DNA of 64,000 bases from an uncultured Gemmatimonadales bacterium (GCA_963822925.1 CAWGJN010000001.1:345622-409621); one strand, 5' to 3'; counted from the first letter of the stretch, positions 8,480 through 19,163 are shown. The notes: a model not told the origin generated them from the sequence alone. A program made the numbers and translations.

Positions 8480-9331
8480 ATGCGCGTTCCCCGCTGGCTC
8501 CGACTGGCCCTCGTTTCGATCGGCGCGGTCGTGACGCTGGCGCTCCTCGGACTGTATGGCGGCTCAGCGTACATCCTGAAGCGCCACTATCCCATCACGG
8601 ATACGCCGATCGTGGTGCCGACGGACTCGCTCGCGCTGGCCGAAGGCCAGCACTTGGTGCAGCTCCGCGGATGCCTCGGATGTCATGGGGCCCAGGCCGA
8701 AGGAAAGGTGTTCTACGACGAGCCGGGTGTTGCCACCGTCGTTGCACCCAACCTCACACGCGCTGTGGCGAACTACTCTGCCGGCGAGCTGGACGGCATC
8801 ATCAGGCATGCGGTACGACCCAACGGCCAAAGTGTCCTCGGCATGCCGAGCGAGGCCTTCACCCGCCTCAGGGATGAGGACCTCGCCCGGATCATCGCGT
8901 TCATTCGCAGTCTGCCGCCGGTCGATGGCCCGGGACCGAGCGTTTCCGTGGGGCCGCTCGGGCGGCTTGGCCTGATCACTGGAAAGTTCAAGACAGGCGC
9001 GACGCTGGTCGACGCAGTGACAGCCATGCCGGCGCTGCCCGATTCAATCGCGGAAGGCAGTTATCTGGCGCACACCATCTGCGCTGAGTGCCACGGCAGC
9101 AACCTGGAAGGCGATCCGGGGTTCGCTGTGCCGTCCCTCGCCATCGCGTCGATCTATTCACTGCCCGAGTTCGAGACGCTGATGCGAACCGGCAAGGCAC
9201 GGGGCGACCGGGAGCTGGGGCTCATGTCGGAGGTGGCGCGCAGTCGATTCGTGCATTTCACGCCAGCGGAGCTGGAGGCACTCTTCAGGTACCTCCACTC
9301 GCCGCCCCCGAAGGGCGCATCCGGGACGTGA
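8480..9331 (+). CDS. membrane-anchored dihaem cytochrome c
   Basis: ATG at 8480 in ORF 8465..9331. N-terminal TM helix; two CxxCH motifs (CLGCH, CAECH). Confidence 0.75.
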   Translation: MRVPRWLRLALVSIGAVVTLALLGLYGGSAYILKRHYPITDTPIVVPTDSLALAEGQHLVQLRGCLGCHGAQAEGKVFYDEPGVATVVAPNLTRAVANYSAGELDGIIRHAVRPNGQSVLGMPSEAFTRLRDEDLARIIAFIRSLPPVDGPGPSVSVGPLGRLGLITGKFKTGATLVDAVTAMPALPDSIAEGSYLAHTICAECHGSNLEGDPGFAVPSLAIASIYSLPEFETLMRTGKARGDRELGLMSEVARSRFVHFTPAELEALFRYLHSPPPKGASGT

Positions 9332-9499
9332 CGCCCGGAGGGTCCAACGGCTTGAGCCACGGTGGAACTTCAGTTGCTACATGAACAACGCCTGGCCCAG
9401 GATCCGTGTAACGGCGGCCGGATGAAGTCCCGGCTGTCCCCGCCGCGTCACGATCAGTAGCTTCCGGTCACCTCCATCCCGGAAATCCGACACACGATC

Positions 9500-10792
9500 A
9501 TGGCAGATGCGCGCCATCGCTTCACCCGAAACTTGTACATCGCCGCCTTCTCGGGCGCCGGCTTGATCCTGCTGCTTCACCTCGTGGCAACGTTGATGCT
9601 GCTGCGTGCCTCGGGAGTGACGCCGACCAGCCGGGTCATCGCGCCGGGCGTCGTGCTGGTGACCTTCGGCACCGTGATCGTGACCTGGCTGCTGCTGCGG
9701 CGCTTCATCAACAACGTGCTCAAGCCGGCGGGCCGCGCGGCCGCGATCGCCCAGCGGGTGTCGCAGGGCGACCTCCGCTCGATCAGCGAACAGGAGGCGA
9801 ACAGCGACGGACGCGACATGCTCACGGTGAGCATCTTCGCGATGGTGCGGCAGCTTCGCGTCCTGGTGGAGACGATCCACGGCACTGCCGCCGAGGCGGC
9901 CGCCATGGCCCAGGAAATCGCCGCGTCCACCGAGGAAATGACCGCGTCCACGCAGGAAGTGGCGGGCACCACCGGCGACCTGACGGAACGGGCGGGCCAG
10001 CAGGCGATCATCGTTCGCGCAGCGGCGGAGGACGCCGGGAAGATCCTCGAGATCGCCAAGGTGCTGGCCAGCGGCGCGGGCGAGGCGGCGACGCGCAACG
10101 CCGCCCTGGCGGTGGCCGCGCGCTCCCACCGCGATCGGCTGGATGCCAGCACCGCCGAGCTGTCCCGGCTCGCGGAGGAGGTGGATCGCGGATCGGCAGA
10201 AGCGGATGCCCTGGCGCTGGCGTCGAGCGAGATCAGCAAGTTCGTGACGCAGACCAAGGCGATCGCGAAGCAGACGCACATGCTGGCGCTCAACGCCTCC
10301 ATCGAGGCGGCGCGTGCCGGCGACGAGGGAAAGGGATTCAGCGTGGTGGCCGAAGAGGTGCGCAAGCTCGCGGCGCAGGCCGCCCAGGCGGCGACCAGCA
10401 CCAGCGACACGGTGCAGATGGTGCTCGAGCGGGTGCAGACGGCACGAGAGCGGCTGCTCCGGCTGGGCCGCGGAGGCATGGCCGCGCGCGATGCTGCCCA
10501 TGCCGCCGCCGACGGGCTTCTCACGGTCGCGAACGACGCCGACGCGAATGACCAGTGGACGCGGGGCATCTCCGCCTCGGCGGAACAAGTGCGGGGCCTG
10601 ATCGAGCAGATCGCCGGGAGGATGAAGGAAGTCTCCGCGGGCACCGAGGACTACGCGGCGGCGGCCGAAGAGATCGCGGCGGCGGCCCAGCAACTCAACG
10701 CCTCCACCGCGGAGATTTCCTCATCCGCGAATACACTCGCCGGCGCGGCTGAGAAGCTGACGCGGGCCACGGGTGGGATACGGCTGACCTAG
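9500..10792 (+). CDS. methyl-accepting chemotaxis protein (short periplasmic loop, HAMP, MCP signalling domain)
   Basis: Two N-terminal TM segments and the conserved hairpin [31 protein letters not shown]. Confidence 0.85.
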   Translation: MADARHRFTRNLYIAAFSGAGLILLLHLVATLMLLRASGVTPTSRVIAPGVVLVTFGTVIVTWLLLRRFINNVLKPAGRAAAIAQRVSQGDLRSISEQEANSDGRDMLTVSIFAMVRQLRVLVETIHGTAAEAAAMAQEIAASTEEMTASTQEVAGTTGDLTERAGQQAIIVRAAAEDAGKILEIAKVLASGAGEAATRNAALAVAARSHRDRLDASTAELSRLAEEVDRGSAEADALALASSEISKFVTQTKAIAKQTHMLALNASIEAARAGDEGKGFSVVAEEVRKLAAQAAQAATSTSDTVQMVLERVQTARERLLRLGRGGMAARDAAHAAADGLLTVANDADANDQWTRGISASAEQVRGLIEQIAGRMKEVSAGTEDYAAAAEEIAAAAQQLNASTAEISSSANTLAGAAEKLTRATGGIRLT

Positions 10793-10853
10793 CCCGCGGC
10801 GGACACGCTCCGCGCCGAGGTCCAGGAAACGCTCGGCAGCAGCTGCACGCAGG

Positions 10854-11306
10854 CTAGGCGCAATCCCGCCTGAACATCTCCAGCACATCAAGCCGGTTCT
10901 CCATCGCACCCGCCTGCGCCGAGATGCGCAGCGAGTACTCCCAACGGAGGGAATCGGCGTCTACGCCGCGAGCGACCACGAGGCGCCACTGCGCACAGTA
11001 CGCGGGTATCTCCATCTCGATCACTTTGCGGGCGGTGGTGAGGCTCGCGGCCCAGGCGTCGCATGAGGAAAACTGGGCCGCCTGTTCACGATGGACCTGC
11101 TCGTGCGCTACCACCTCCTCGGCCTGCGGCGTGCCGATGATATCGGCCCGTACCCAGCTCTCCGCCAGACCATTCCGGCAGAAGGTGTAGCCGAGGAAGC
11201 TCTGTGGGGGAGACGGCAGGGCGGCGCCCTGCGCAGCGAGGGCACAGGGAGCCAGCAGGAGTGCCGCAGCGACCCACTTCGTGAACTGTCTCATGTGCAC
11301 TTGCAT
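10854..11306 (-). CDS. hypothetical secreted protein with an HExxH motif
   Basis: Signal peptide ...LLLAPCALAAQG and HEQVH motif. No family recognised. Confidence 0.45.
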   Translation of the reverse strand: MQVHMRQFTKWVAAALLLAPCALAAQGAALPSPPQSFLGYTFCRNGLAESWVRADIIGTPQAEEVVAHEQVHREQAAQFSSCDAWAASLTTARKVIEMEIPAYCAQWRLVVARGVDADSLRWEYSLRISAQAGAMENRLDVLEMFRRDCA

Positions 11307-11335
11307 TGTAACCCGGCGCCGCCGAAGCTTGTCAT

Positions 11336-12493
11336 ATGCGGATCGCCATCTATTCCGAGATCTACTGGCCCATGGTCAGCGGCGTCGCCCTGACGCTGCG
11401 CCGGCTGGTCGACGGGCTGCATGCGCGGGGGCACGCGGTTCGAGTGTACTCCCCGTACTACGAGCTGCCGCCGGGTGCGGTCGAACGGCCGGAGGTGCAC
11501 CGGTCGCCGGGACGGCCCTTTTTCCTCGCGCCCGACGTGCAGTGGGCCTTTCCGAAGGTGCGCGATCTCATCGCCGACATGCGCGAGTTCCAGCCGCAGG
11601 TAGTGCATCTCGCGACCGAGTTTGCCATGGGGTACCCCGGGCTCAGGGCCTCGAAGGCGCTCGGCCTCCCGATCATCGCGAGTTCTCATACCGACTACGA
11701 GGCGTACGCTCGGCCCTACGGCCGGTGGCTCGTCACGGCGATCCGGCCCGGCTGGGCCTACATGCGCTGGTTCTACAAACATGCCCACAAGGTGCTGTGC
11801 CCCACGCGAGTGCATGAGGCACACCTGCACTCGCGAGGCGTGTACCACACTGGGATCTGGACGCGGGGGGTCAACTCGGAGGAATTCCATCCCCGGTTTC
11901 GCTCCGATGCGTGGCGCGCGCGATTCGGCATCGGCCCGAACGACACGCTCGTCACCTTCGTCGGGCGCATCGCGCCGGAGAAGAACCTCAACATCCTGCT
12001 CGACGCGTGGCAGCAACTGGCCCCGACGCGTGGCAATGCGCAGCTGGTCCTGGTAGGCGACGGGTTGCTGGTAGAAGGCATCAAGGCCCGACGGATCCCT
12101 GGGGTTCACCTGCTCGGCTACCTGCACGGTATCGAGCTCGCCACGGCCTATGCATCTTCGGACGTCTTTGCATTTCCCTCAGGCACCGAGACGTTCGGCA
12201 ACGTGCTGCTCGAAGCGATGGCATCGGGGACTGCGCCCGTATGCGTGAATGCCGGCGGGCCCAGCGACTACGCCATCGACGGGCACAACGCGCTGGTCGC
12301 GTCACCACATGACGTGCCGGCATTTGCCAGGCAACTGAGCCGGGCCATCGCCGACCCGGCGCTGCGTCGGCAGATCGGGGAGGGCGCGCGGCAAACGGCG
12401 CTCGGCCGTCGCTGGGATGCGATCTACGACCAGCTGCTCGACGACTACGCCGAGACCATCGCAGAGCGGGCGCAGCGACGGGCCGCTGCGTAG
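11336..12493 (+). CDS. glycosyltransferase family 4 (GT-B fold)
   Basis: 385 aa. C-terminal E-x7-E type motif PSGTETFGNVLLEAMASG. Confidence 0.8.
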   Translation: MRIAIYSEIYWPMVSGVALTLRRLVDGLHARGHAVRVYSPYYELPPGAVERPEVHRSPGRPFFLAPDVQWAFPKVRDLIADMREFQPQVVHLATEFAMGYPGLRASKALGLPIIASSHTDYEAYARPYGRWLVTAIRPGWAYMRWFYKHAHKVLCPTRVHEAHLHSRGVYHTGIWTRGVNSEEFHPRFRSDAWRARFGIGPNDTLVTFVGRIAPEKNLNILLDAWQQLAPTRGNAQLVLVGDGLLVEGIKARRIPGVHLLGYLHGIELATAYASSDVFAFPSGTETFGNVLLEAMASGTAPVCVNAGGPSDYAIDGHNALVASPHDVPAFARQLSRAIADPALRRQIGEGARQTALGRRWDAIYDQLLDDYAETIAERAQRRAAA

Positions 12494-12557
12494 TCGCAAG
12501 TCCATCCCGGTCAACAGGATAGCCCCCACGCCACCGCGGGGGCTATCTTTTCGTGCT

Positions 12558-13523
12558 ATGTCCCGGCCCCGGTTTGCCCCCTATGCGTGGGGAGTGGTCG
12601 CCTTCAGCTTTGCCGTGATCGTGTGGGGCGCGTTCGTGCGCGCCAGCGGTTCGGGGGCGGGCTGCGGCGCGCACTGGCCGCTCTGCAATGGCACCGTCAT
12701 GCCGCGAGATCCGGCCATCGAGACCATCATCGAGTTTGCGCACCGTACCACGAGCGGCATCGCGCTGCTCCTGGTGGTGGGACTGGTGTGGCTGGCGCGG
12801 CGTGAATTCCCTCGCGGCCATATCGCGCGCAGGGCCGCCTGGGCAAGCCTCTTCTTCATCGTGACCGAGGCGCTGGTGGGGGCGGGGCTGGTGCTGCTCG
12901 AACTGGTGGCCCACAACGATTCCATTGCCCGCGCCGTATATCTCGGTGTGCACCTCGTAAACACGTTTCTCCTGCTGGCGGCCATGACCCTGACCGCCTG
13001 GTGGGGATCCGGCCGTGCCGCACCAGCGCTGCCATTCGCATGGCGTCCTCTCGCACCGTACCTCGGGGTGCTGGTCGCTCTCCTCGTGGTGGGGGTCACC
13101 GGGGCGATCACGGCATTGGGGGACACGCTTTTCCCCGCCGGCTCACTCGCCGAGGGAATGCGCCAGGACACCTCTCCCACCGCCCACATCCTGCTCCGGC
13201 TCCGGGTATTCCACCCGGTCCTTGCGCTCGCCACCGGCGCGGCGCTCCTGGCGCTTTCGGTGCGCGGATTCTGGCGGGAGGCATCTCCTGCCACGTTCCT
13301 GGTGGGACGGTTCGTGGCAGGCCTTGTGCTGGTACAGGTGGCAGCGGGAATCCTCAACCTTCTGCTCCTGGCGCCCATCTGGATGCAGCTCGTGCATCTC
13401 TTCCTGGCCGATCTCGTATGGCTCAGCACCGTCCTGCTCACGGCATCTGCCGCCGCCGAGACCGCGCCCGCGGCATCGGGCAGCCAGTCACCCGCACTCG
13501 ATACCGCCATTGCGCATCGGTAG
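12558..13523 (+). CDS. ctaA: haem A synthase (COX15/CtaA family)
   Basis: ATG at 12558 in ORF 12417..13523. Polytopic membrane protein with CGAHWPLCNG and conserved His residues. Confidence 0.75.
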   Translation: MSRPRFAPYAWGVVAFSFAVIVWGAFVRASGSGAGCGAHWPLCNGTVMPRDPAIETIIEFAHRTTSGIALLLVVGLVWLARREFPRGHIARRAAWASLFFIVTEALVGAGLVLLELVAHNDSIARAVYLGVHLVNTFLLLAAMTLTAWWGSGRAAPALPFAWRPLAPYLGVLVALLVVGVTGAITALGDTLFPAGSLAEGMRQDTSPTAHILLRLRVFHPVLALATGAALLALSVRGFWREASPATFLVGRFVAGLVLVQVAAGILNLLLLAPIWMQLVHLFLADLVWLSTVLLTASAAAETAPAASGSQSPALDTAIAHR

Positions 13524-13538
13524 GCTCCTGATACTCTG

Positions 13539-14408
13539 ATGGCCCGTCCGCGCCCCAAGCCAACGTTCGAGGGACAGCTTCCGCCGCCCGAGCGGAATCC
13601 TCTAGCGCTGTCCGTCAGCGCGCTGCTGCACGCGGTCCTGATTCTGGTGATCATGCTGCTCTCAAAGAGGATGGCGGAGCAGCAGACGGAGAAGCCCAAG
13701 GCGGACTCGCCGGCGACGCGCGAGGTCGCGATGGTCTATCTGCCCCCAAAGCCCAAGCCGACCCCGCCCCCGCCCAGGCCGGTGCAGCCGGTGGAAACCC
13801 CGCCGCCCCAGCCGCCCCGGCCCAAGGTCATCAACAAGACTCCGGAGCCGGAGCCCAATGCACCGCCGGAGGCGACCCGGACGCAGGGCGCCACCGAGCC
13901 GGAGCAGCCGCGCACGCCCGACCCGGTCGGCGACCCGACGGCGTCCGCGCCCGACAACACGCCGCCCGCAGTGGTGAACAAGGAGGACGCGCTCAACGCG
14001 TCGATGGAGGTGGAAGCGCGGCGGATCTTCGGCCGGAAGAAGGGCGGCGTTGCGCCCGACGCCGGCCCCGTCGCCACACGTCCGTTCGAGAACGCCACGA
14101 TACCTGACAGCAAGTGTCCCGAGATCCCGAAGGACTCGACCGGGGCGATGCCGGAAGGCGTGGTGAAGGGGCGGGTGGTACAGCAGGAGACGGGACGCCC
14201 GCTGTCGAACGCCCATCTTCAGATGGTGGGGCAGACCTATCACACCTTCGCCGACGAGAACGGCGAATTCGAGCTTCACTTCGACCTGAACCTGATGGCC
14301 GATTGCCGGGTGCAGTACGTGACGATCGTCGCCCCCGGCTATCGCTCACAGATGTTGCCCATCGTCATGGGCGGCGGCATCTCTACAGTTCCGCTCCGAC
14401 GGCGCTAG
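13539..14408 (+). CDS. TonB-like Pro-rich membrane-anchored protein with C-terminal carboxypeptidase-regulatory-like domain
   Basis: N-terminal TM, long PxP-rich linker, and a C-terminal 'GRVVQQETGRPLSNAHLQ...ENGEFEL' beta-sandwich-like motif. Confidence 0.4.
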   Translation: MARPRPKPTFEGQLPPPERNPLALSVSALLHAVLILVIMLLSKRMAEQQTEKPKADSPATREVAMVYLPPKPKPTPPPPRPVQPVETPPPQPPRPKVINKTPEPEPNAPPEATRTQGATEPEQPRTPDPVGDPTASAPDNTPPAVVNKEDALNASMEVEARRIFGRKKGGVAPDAGPVATRPFENATIPDSKCPEIPKDSTGAMPEGVVKGRVVQQETGRPLSNAHLQMVGQTYHTFADENGEFELHFDLNLMADCRVQYVTIVAPGYRSQMLPIVMGGGISTVPLRRR

Positions 14409-14598
14409 GGCTGCCTCGTGGCCTCGATCGAGATATCGAGGTCCACGTCATCGCCCAGCATCAGACCACCCGCCTCCAGCGTGCGGTTCCTGGCCACCCC
14501 GAAGTCCTGTCGGTTGATCCTGCCGGTGCCACACCCAGAACGTGCAGGACCTTGTAGGTTTCCTGCCGAATCATGGTTGCAATGGAGGAGAAGTCGAC

Positions 14599-16053
14599 GT
14601 GACGAGCCGACAAGGTCGGGCCATCGCGGCAGTCGCGGGACCCCTCGCCTATCTGGCGTGCGTGCGCGCCGGCCCCGCGGCGCTGGGTCCCGACCAGCGG
14701 GAGGTGCTGGGCGTCGGGGCATGGATGCTCATCTGGTGGCTCACCGAGCCGGTGCCCCTCGCGGTGACATCGCTGCTTCCAATCATCGTGCTTCCGCTCT
14801 TTGGCGTGGTGACGTTGAAGGACGTCACGGCCCCGTACGCCAACGAGATGATCTTCCTGTTCCTCGCCGGTTTCCTCCTCGCCGCGGCGCTCGAGTTCTG
14901 GGGCGCGCACCTGCGGCTCGCCCTGCGGATCGTCGCGGCGGCGGGCCGGAACGGACGCCGCATCGTGTTCGCACTGATGGTGGCCACCGCAGCCCTCTCG
15001 ATGTGGATCTCCAACACCGCCACCGCGGCGATGATGTATCCCATCGCCATGGCGCTGGGGCAACTGTTCGGTGAGGGCGCCGCCGCCGACCGCATCCGTA
15101 CGTCGCTCTTCCTCGGCCTCGCCTATGCCGCCTCGATCGGCGGCATGGGCACGCTCATCGGAACGCCACCCAACCTGATCTTCGCCGCCGCATCGAAGGA
15201 ACTTCTGGGCCAGCCGATCGACTTCGCCCGCTACCTCCTTATCGGTGTGCCTTGCGTGATCCTCCTGTTGCCGATCTGCTGGGCCGTGCTCTGCTACCTG
15301 GTCTACCCCAGCGATGCCGTGCTGGGTGAGGCGGCGGAACATGCGGTGGCGGAACGGCGCGCGCGCCTGGGGAAGTTCAAGGGTGGTGAACGAGCCACCA
15401 TCGTGGTGTTCGGGCTGACCGCGCTCGGGTGGATCTTCCGCGAGCCAAAGCAGCTGGGCGACCTCTCGATACCGGGACTCACCAGCCTCGCGCCCGGGCT
15501 CAGCGACGCCGCGATCGGTCTCATGGGTGCGCTCGTTCTCTTCCTCATCCCGGCCAGGGACGTGACCGGCGAGCGCCGCCGGCTTCTCAGCTGGCACGAG
15601 GCGAAGGGCATTCCATGGGAGGTACTGCTCCTGTTCGGCGGCGGCCTCTCGCTCGCCGCCGCGACGGAACTGACTGGACTGACGCAGTGGTTCGGGGAAC
15701 AGGTGACCGGGCTGCAGGGCGCATCGCCGTTCATCGTGCTCATCGTGGTGGCCGCTGGCACGGTGCTGTTGAGTGAGCTCGCTTCGAACACCGCCGTGGC
15801 GGCGATGGCGATGCCGATCGCTGCCGGCCTGGCGTCGGGCGCGGACCTGCCGGGCATCCGCGTCATGGCGGTCGCTGCGCTCGCGGCATCGGCCGGGTAT
15901 GCGCTGCCGATCGCCACGCCGCCCAACGCGATCGCCTACGGCTCGGGCCGCGTCACCGCGCGGCAGATGCTCCGCGCCGGGCTGGTCATGGACGTGGTGG
16001 CCGTACTCGTGATCGTGGCGGTAGTGTTGCTGCTCGGCCCGGTTGCGGGGTGA
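14599..16053 (+). CDS. SLC13/DASS family anion:sodium symporter
   Basis: GTG at 14599 with GGAGGAG upstream, in frame with ORF 14542..16053. Duplicated SNTA(T/V)AAM hairpin motifs. Confidence 0.75.
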   Translation: MTSRQGRAIAAVAGPLAYLACVRAGPAALGPDQREVLGVGAWMLIWWLTEPVPLAVTSLLPIIVLPLFGVVTLKDVTAPYANEMIFLFLAGFLLAAALEFWGAHLRLALRIVAAAGRNGRRIVFALMVATAALSMWISNTATAAMMYPIAMALGQLFGEGAAADRIRTSLFLGLAYAASIGGMGTLIGTPPNLIFAAASKELLGQPIDFARYLLIGVPCVILLLPICWAVLCYLVYPSDAVLGEAAEHAVAERRARLGKFKGGERATIVVFGLTALGWIFREPKQLGDLSIPGLTSLAPGLSDAAIGLMGALVLFLIPARDVTGERRRLLSWHEAKGIPWEVLLLFGGGLSLAAATELTGLTQWFGEQVTGLQGASPFIVLIVVAAGTVLLSELASNTAVAAMAMPIAAGLASGADLPGIRVMAVAALAASAGYALPIATPPNAIAYGSGRVTARQMLRAGLVMDVVAVLVIVAVVLLLGPVAG

Positions 16054-16937
16054 GCGGGCCAAGCACCGACCAGTCCCCGAGGGCGAATCCGTTGAGCCGA
16101 ATCGATGCCAGGATCGTCGGCCTCCGACTCGGCTTCCAGCTCCTCGGGCCACTGGCCCCTGAGCGCGCAGCCCAGGTGGCAGAGCGGCTCTTCACCCGCC
16201 CACCACAGCATCCGCTCCGCCCCCACGAAGAAGCGTTCCTCGACACCGGCGAGACGTTCACCGTACATCACGCGGAAGAGGACCTCGCCTGCTGGAGCTG
16301 GGGCAGCGGTCCGGTGGTGGTGCTCATGCATGGATGGGGTAGCCGCGCCGGGCGCTTTCGCCTCTTCGTGCCGGCGCTGGTGCAACGGGGATTCCGCGTC
16401 GTCGCGTTCGATGGCCCCGGGCACGGCCGGACCGGCGGCACCAGTGCCTCGCTGCCGCAGTTCGCCGTAGCGCTCGCGGCGGTCTGTGCCGTGGTGGGCC
16501 CGGTGCATGCCTTCGTGGGACATTCTTTGGGTGGCGCCGCGGCGCTCTTCGCCATGAGCCGCCTGGTGCCGCCGGTTCCCGCCGTGCTCATCTCGGCCCC
16601 ATCGGATCCCGTCGTGTTCTGGCACCGGTTCGTGCGCCATCTCGCGATCCCTCCGCAGGTGCGAGACCGGCTGCAGGGAAATCTCGAGCGGCGCTTTGGC
16701 ATCACCTGGAACGACCTCAACCTGATTCCCGCCGCCGCCGCGTTGCCCACCCCGCTGCTGGTGATCCATGACGTGGGCGACGAGGATGTGCCCCCGGAAA
16801 ACGGGCGGGCTATCGCCACGGCGGCGCCACATGGCACATTCGTGCTCACCGAGGGACTCGGGCATCGCGCAATCATGCGGGACGCCGGCGTGGTGGCGCA
16901 GACGACGGAGTTCATCGCGGAGCAAGTGCCGCGGTGA
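16050..16937 (+). CDS. alpha/beta hydrolase
   Basis: HGWGS region and GHSLGG nucleophile elbow. GTGA overlap with the upstream gene. Confidence 0.75.
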   Translation: MSGPSTDQSPRANPLSRIDARIVGLRLGFQLLGPLAPERAAQVAERLFTRPPQHPLRPHEEAFLDTGETFTVHHAEEDLACWSWGSGPVVVLMHGWGSRAGRFRLFVPALVQRGFRVVAFDGPGHGRTGGTSASLPQFAVALAAVCAVVGPVHAFVGHSLGGAAALFAMSRLVPPVPAVLISAPSDPVVFWHRFVRHLAIPPQVRDRLQGNLERRFGITWNDLNLIPAAAALPTPLLVIHDVGDEDVPPENGRAIATAAPHGTFVLTEGLGHRAIMRDAGVVAQTTEFIAEQVPR

Positions 16938-17239
16938 TCGTGATGGACCGCGTAAATGCCCTGGCGCCGGGGTGGTCGCACGTGCTCTCCACCACCAACG
17001 ACCTGGCCGAGCTCGATGCATTCCGCATCCGGGTGGGTGCACCCCGGCAGGCGTTTCACCTGAAAGGGCGGCGCCCCCACCTCGACCTCAAGGATGCACC
17101 GCGCGAGCTGGCACTGCGGCAGGCGGACGTGCGGGTGTTTGACAGGACGGCGGATATGTTGAGGTTCTTGAGGGACGAGTCAGCGGAACCAGATGCGGAA
17201 GAGCAGTTGCGGAAGAACCAACCGCGGAAGGATGATTAG
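16934..17239 (+). CDS. DUF4031 domain protein
   Basis: The pattern 'WSHV...DLAELDAF..RVG.PR..F......PHLDL' resembles DUF4031. The start may instead be the ATG at 16943. Confidence 0.5.
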   Translation: MIVMDRVNALAPGWSHVLSTTNDLAELDAFRIRVGAPRQAFHLKGRRPHLDLKDAPRELALRQADVRVFDRTADMLRFLRDESAEPDAEEQLRKNQPRKDD

Positions 17240-17271
17240 TAGTAGCGGCAAGAGGTAAGAGGAGGAGTAGC

Positions 17272-17730
17272 ATGATCCGGAGAATGATTGGAGGCATCGC
17301 CGGCCCGGTCGTGGCCTTGTGCATGGCCGGCCTTGCCCGAATGGTGAATGGGCACCGGCTGCGGAGACTGAACACTGGTGAGCATCGGGCACTCGACGGC
17401 GTGGTTCCGGGGCTCGATCTCTCCGCCGTGCGCATTGCGGAAGGCTGCCGGCTCCCCCTGCTGCCCGGGTTCGTTGCCATCACGCTGGGAAACTTCATCT
17501 ATGTGCGGGGCGATCTTGCGGTGCGGCCGGAGACGCTGCTGGCCCATGAACTGGCGCACGTGCGGCAGTTCAGCCAGCGCGGATGGCGCGGCATGACCGG
17601 TGCCTACGCGACGCTGTGGATGGAACATGGATACGCCGAGCATCCGCTGGAACTCGAGGCGCGCGCGGCCGAACGCGCCTTCCTGTCGAACAGGAAGGCC
17701 GCGGCAGGCGCTGCCGTCAGGAGGTCTTGA
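17272..17730 (+). CDS. DUF4157-like (HExxH, 'HELAHVRQ') domain protein
   Basis: AGGAGGAG RBS, N-terminal hydrophobic segment, and an AHELAHVRQF motif. Confidence 0.5.
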   Translation: MIRRMIGGIAGPVVALCMAGLARMVNGHRLRRLNTGEHRALDGVVPGLDLSAVRIAEGCRLPLLPGFVAITLGNFIYVRGDLAVRPETLLAHELAHVRQFSQRGWRGMTGAYATLWMEHGYAEHPLELEARAAERAFLSNRKAAAGAAVRRS

Positions 17731-18292
17731 AGCCGAACGTGACGAGCACGTGGACGATGATGTGTTCGTCCATCTTCAAGATGCCGAGGATCTTGCTGAG
17801 CCCGCCGATGTTGTAATCCTTGAGGTTGAGCGGGAAGGTCGAAGTTACGGTCACGCCGTGTTCCTGACGCCGCACCACGGCCGGCAGCTCAACCGCCTGC
17901 GTCACCCCGTGGATGACGAAATCCCCTCCCAGCATGGCGTCTACCGAGTCACCCGCCTCGCCCTGCACCTGCACCGACTTCAACTCGAAGCGGATCACCG
18001 GATACTTGTCCGACTCCATCGACTTGTTCAGGTCCTTGTCGCGCTTGCCGTTCCCGGTGACGATCGTATTGACTGGCGCTTCCACGACGCCGCGCACGTC
18101 AGCCAGAGTAGGCCCGCCGGTCATGGAGCCGGTCACGCTGTGAGTGATGCCGGTGAAGTCGCCCACCGTCGCTTTGCCGTCGAAGCTGAGCGTACCCTCG
18201 GTGACGGTGCCGTCCGGTATGGGCTGCTGTGCCAGCGCGGGCACACCGAACACCAGGGGGAGGGCCAGGGCAAGCATGGCCGCGCGTGTCAT
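17717..18292 (-). CDS. YceI family periplasmic protein
   Basis: Internal ATG at 18292 of ORF 17717..19117 opens a complete signal peptide, MTRAAMLALALPLVFGVPALAQQ. YceI-like beta-barrel sequence follows to the stop. Confidence 0.75.
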   Translation of the reverse strand: MTRAAMLALALPLVFGVPALAQQPIPDGTVTEGTLSFDGKATVGDFTGITHSVTGSMTGGPTLADVRGVVEAPVNTIVTGNGKRDKDLNKSMESDKYPVIRFELKSVQVQGEAGDSVDAMLGGDFVIHGVTQAVELPAVVRRQEHGVTVTSTFPLNLKDYNIGGLSKILGILKMDEHIIVHVLVTFGFKTS

Positions 18293-19117
18293 GATCCCAG
18301 CTTGCCCAGGGTGAACCGGCCCGTGAGGCTGACACTGGTACCATAGGTCACGCAGGGAAAAAACCTGACCCGTTACCGACCAGCGTCGCGCGAGGTCCCA
18401 GGTGAGCCCGCCGAAGATGGCGGCGGCATTCAGGTTCGACTCCACTTTGCTGTCATCAACGACACCGGCGCTGTTGGTGTAGTTGACCTGGAAACGGGGC
18501 ATGAGGCGCGTGTAGCCGCCGCCCACATATGGCCGCACCGTTCCCCTGCTGAATGACGCACCAAGTGTCAGATCGGCCCCATACACCGCCGGCTTGAAGG
18601 AATCGTCGGACGGGGTGCCCTGATAGCAGTAGTTCGTGGGGTCCTGCACATCCGCCTCATCGCAGGTGAATGACCCGTGCACACTGCCGAACGAGGCATT
18701 GAGGCTGAAGTTCGCAACGAGGAACTTGCCCAGCGGCGAGGACGTCCAGTCGGCGCCCAGGCCCAGGATATTGGCCGAGACTCCCGACACCGAGACGGGC
18801 GGAACCCAGCCAGCCTCGGCGGCAAAACCACCGCCGAGGCCGACACGAATCCTGGGCTGCACCGCCACCGCGAGCGCGTTGGTGTTGGAGAGGGTTTCGC
18901 CGGTAAAACAAGTGATCGGCGTGTTCTCGTCATCACTCACTTCCGGCACCGTCATCACGCCGAGGCCGAGTTCGACGCGACCCGCGGGCATTCGCGAAGG
19001 ACCGCGCGTTGGCGTAAAGGCGATGGCAACCGACTTGGTGCCCATCGTCTGCGCCTCCGGCGTTCCCGACGGCGCGACGCAGGCAGTCTGCGCCGCCAGC
19101 GGCGCCGCCACGAGCAC
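18289..19117 (-). pseudogene. porin-like outer-membrane beta-barrel gene, reading frame disturbed at a T6 run
   Basis: Alternating beta-strand pattern. In the printed frame it runs straight into yceI with no stop. Skipping one T of the T6 run (18358-18363) gives ...YGTSVSLTGRFTLGKLGS-TGA, and that stop overlaps the yceI ATG as ATGA. Confidence 0.55.
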
Positions 19118-19163
19118 CGCCAGCAGCGCAACCAGCTGCGTGATCGGCGCCGTCGCCGGCGCC

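Noticed and set aside
18340-18380. Programmed ribosomal frameshifting at the T6 run, and likewise at the RND, sseA and HEAT sites
   Set aside because: I saw no recognisable slippery heptamer in the correct phase and no downstream pseudoknot or hairpin. The four sites need different shift directions and have unrelated contexts. Simple indels are more parsimonious. This is not strictly excluded for the T6 site.
17717-19117. A genuine 466-aa OMP-YceI fusion protein
   Set aside because: A full signal peptide sits in the middle of the ORF, beta-barrel periodicity collapses exactly at a T6 run, and the alternative frame ends in an ATGA junction with yceI. Two genes plus a frameshift explain the data better.
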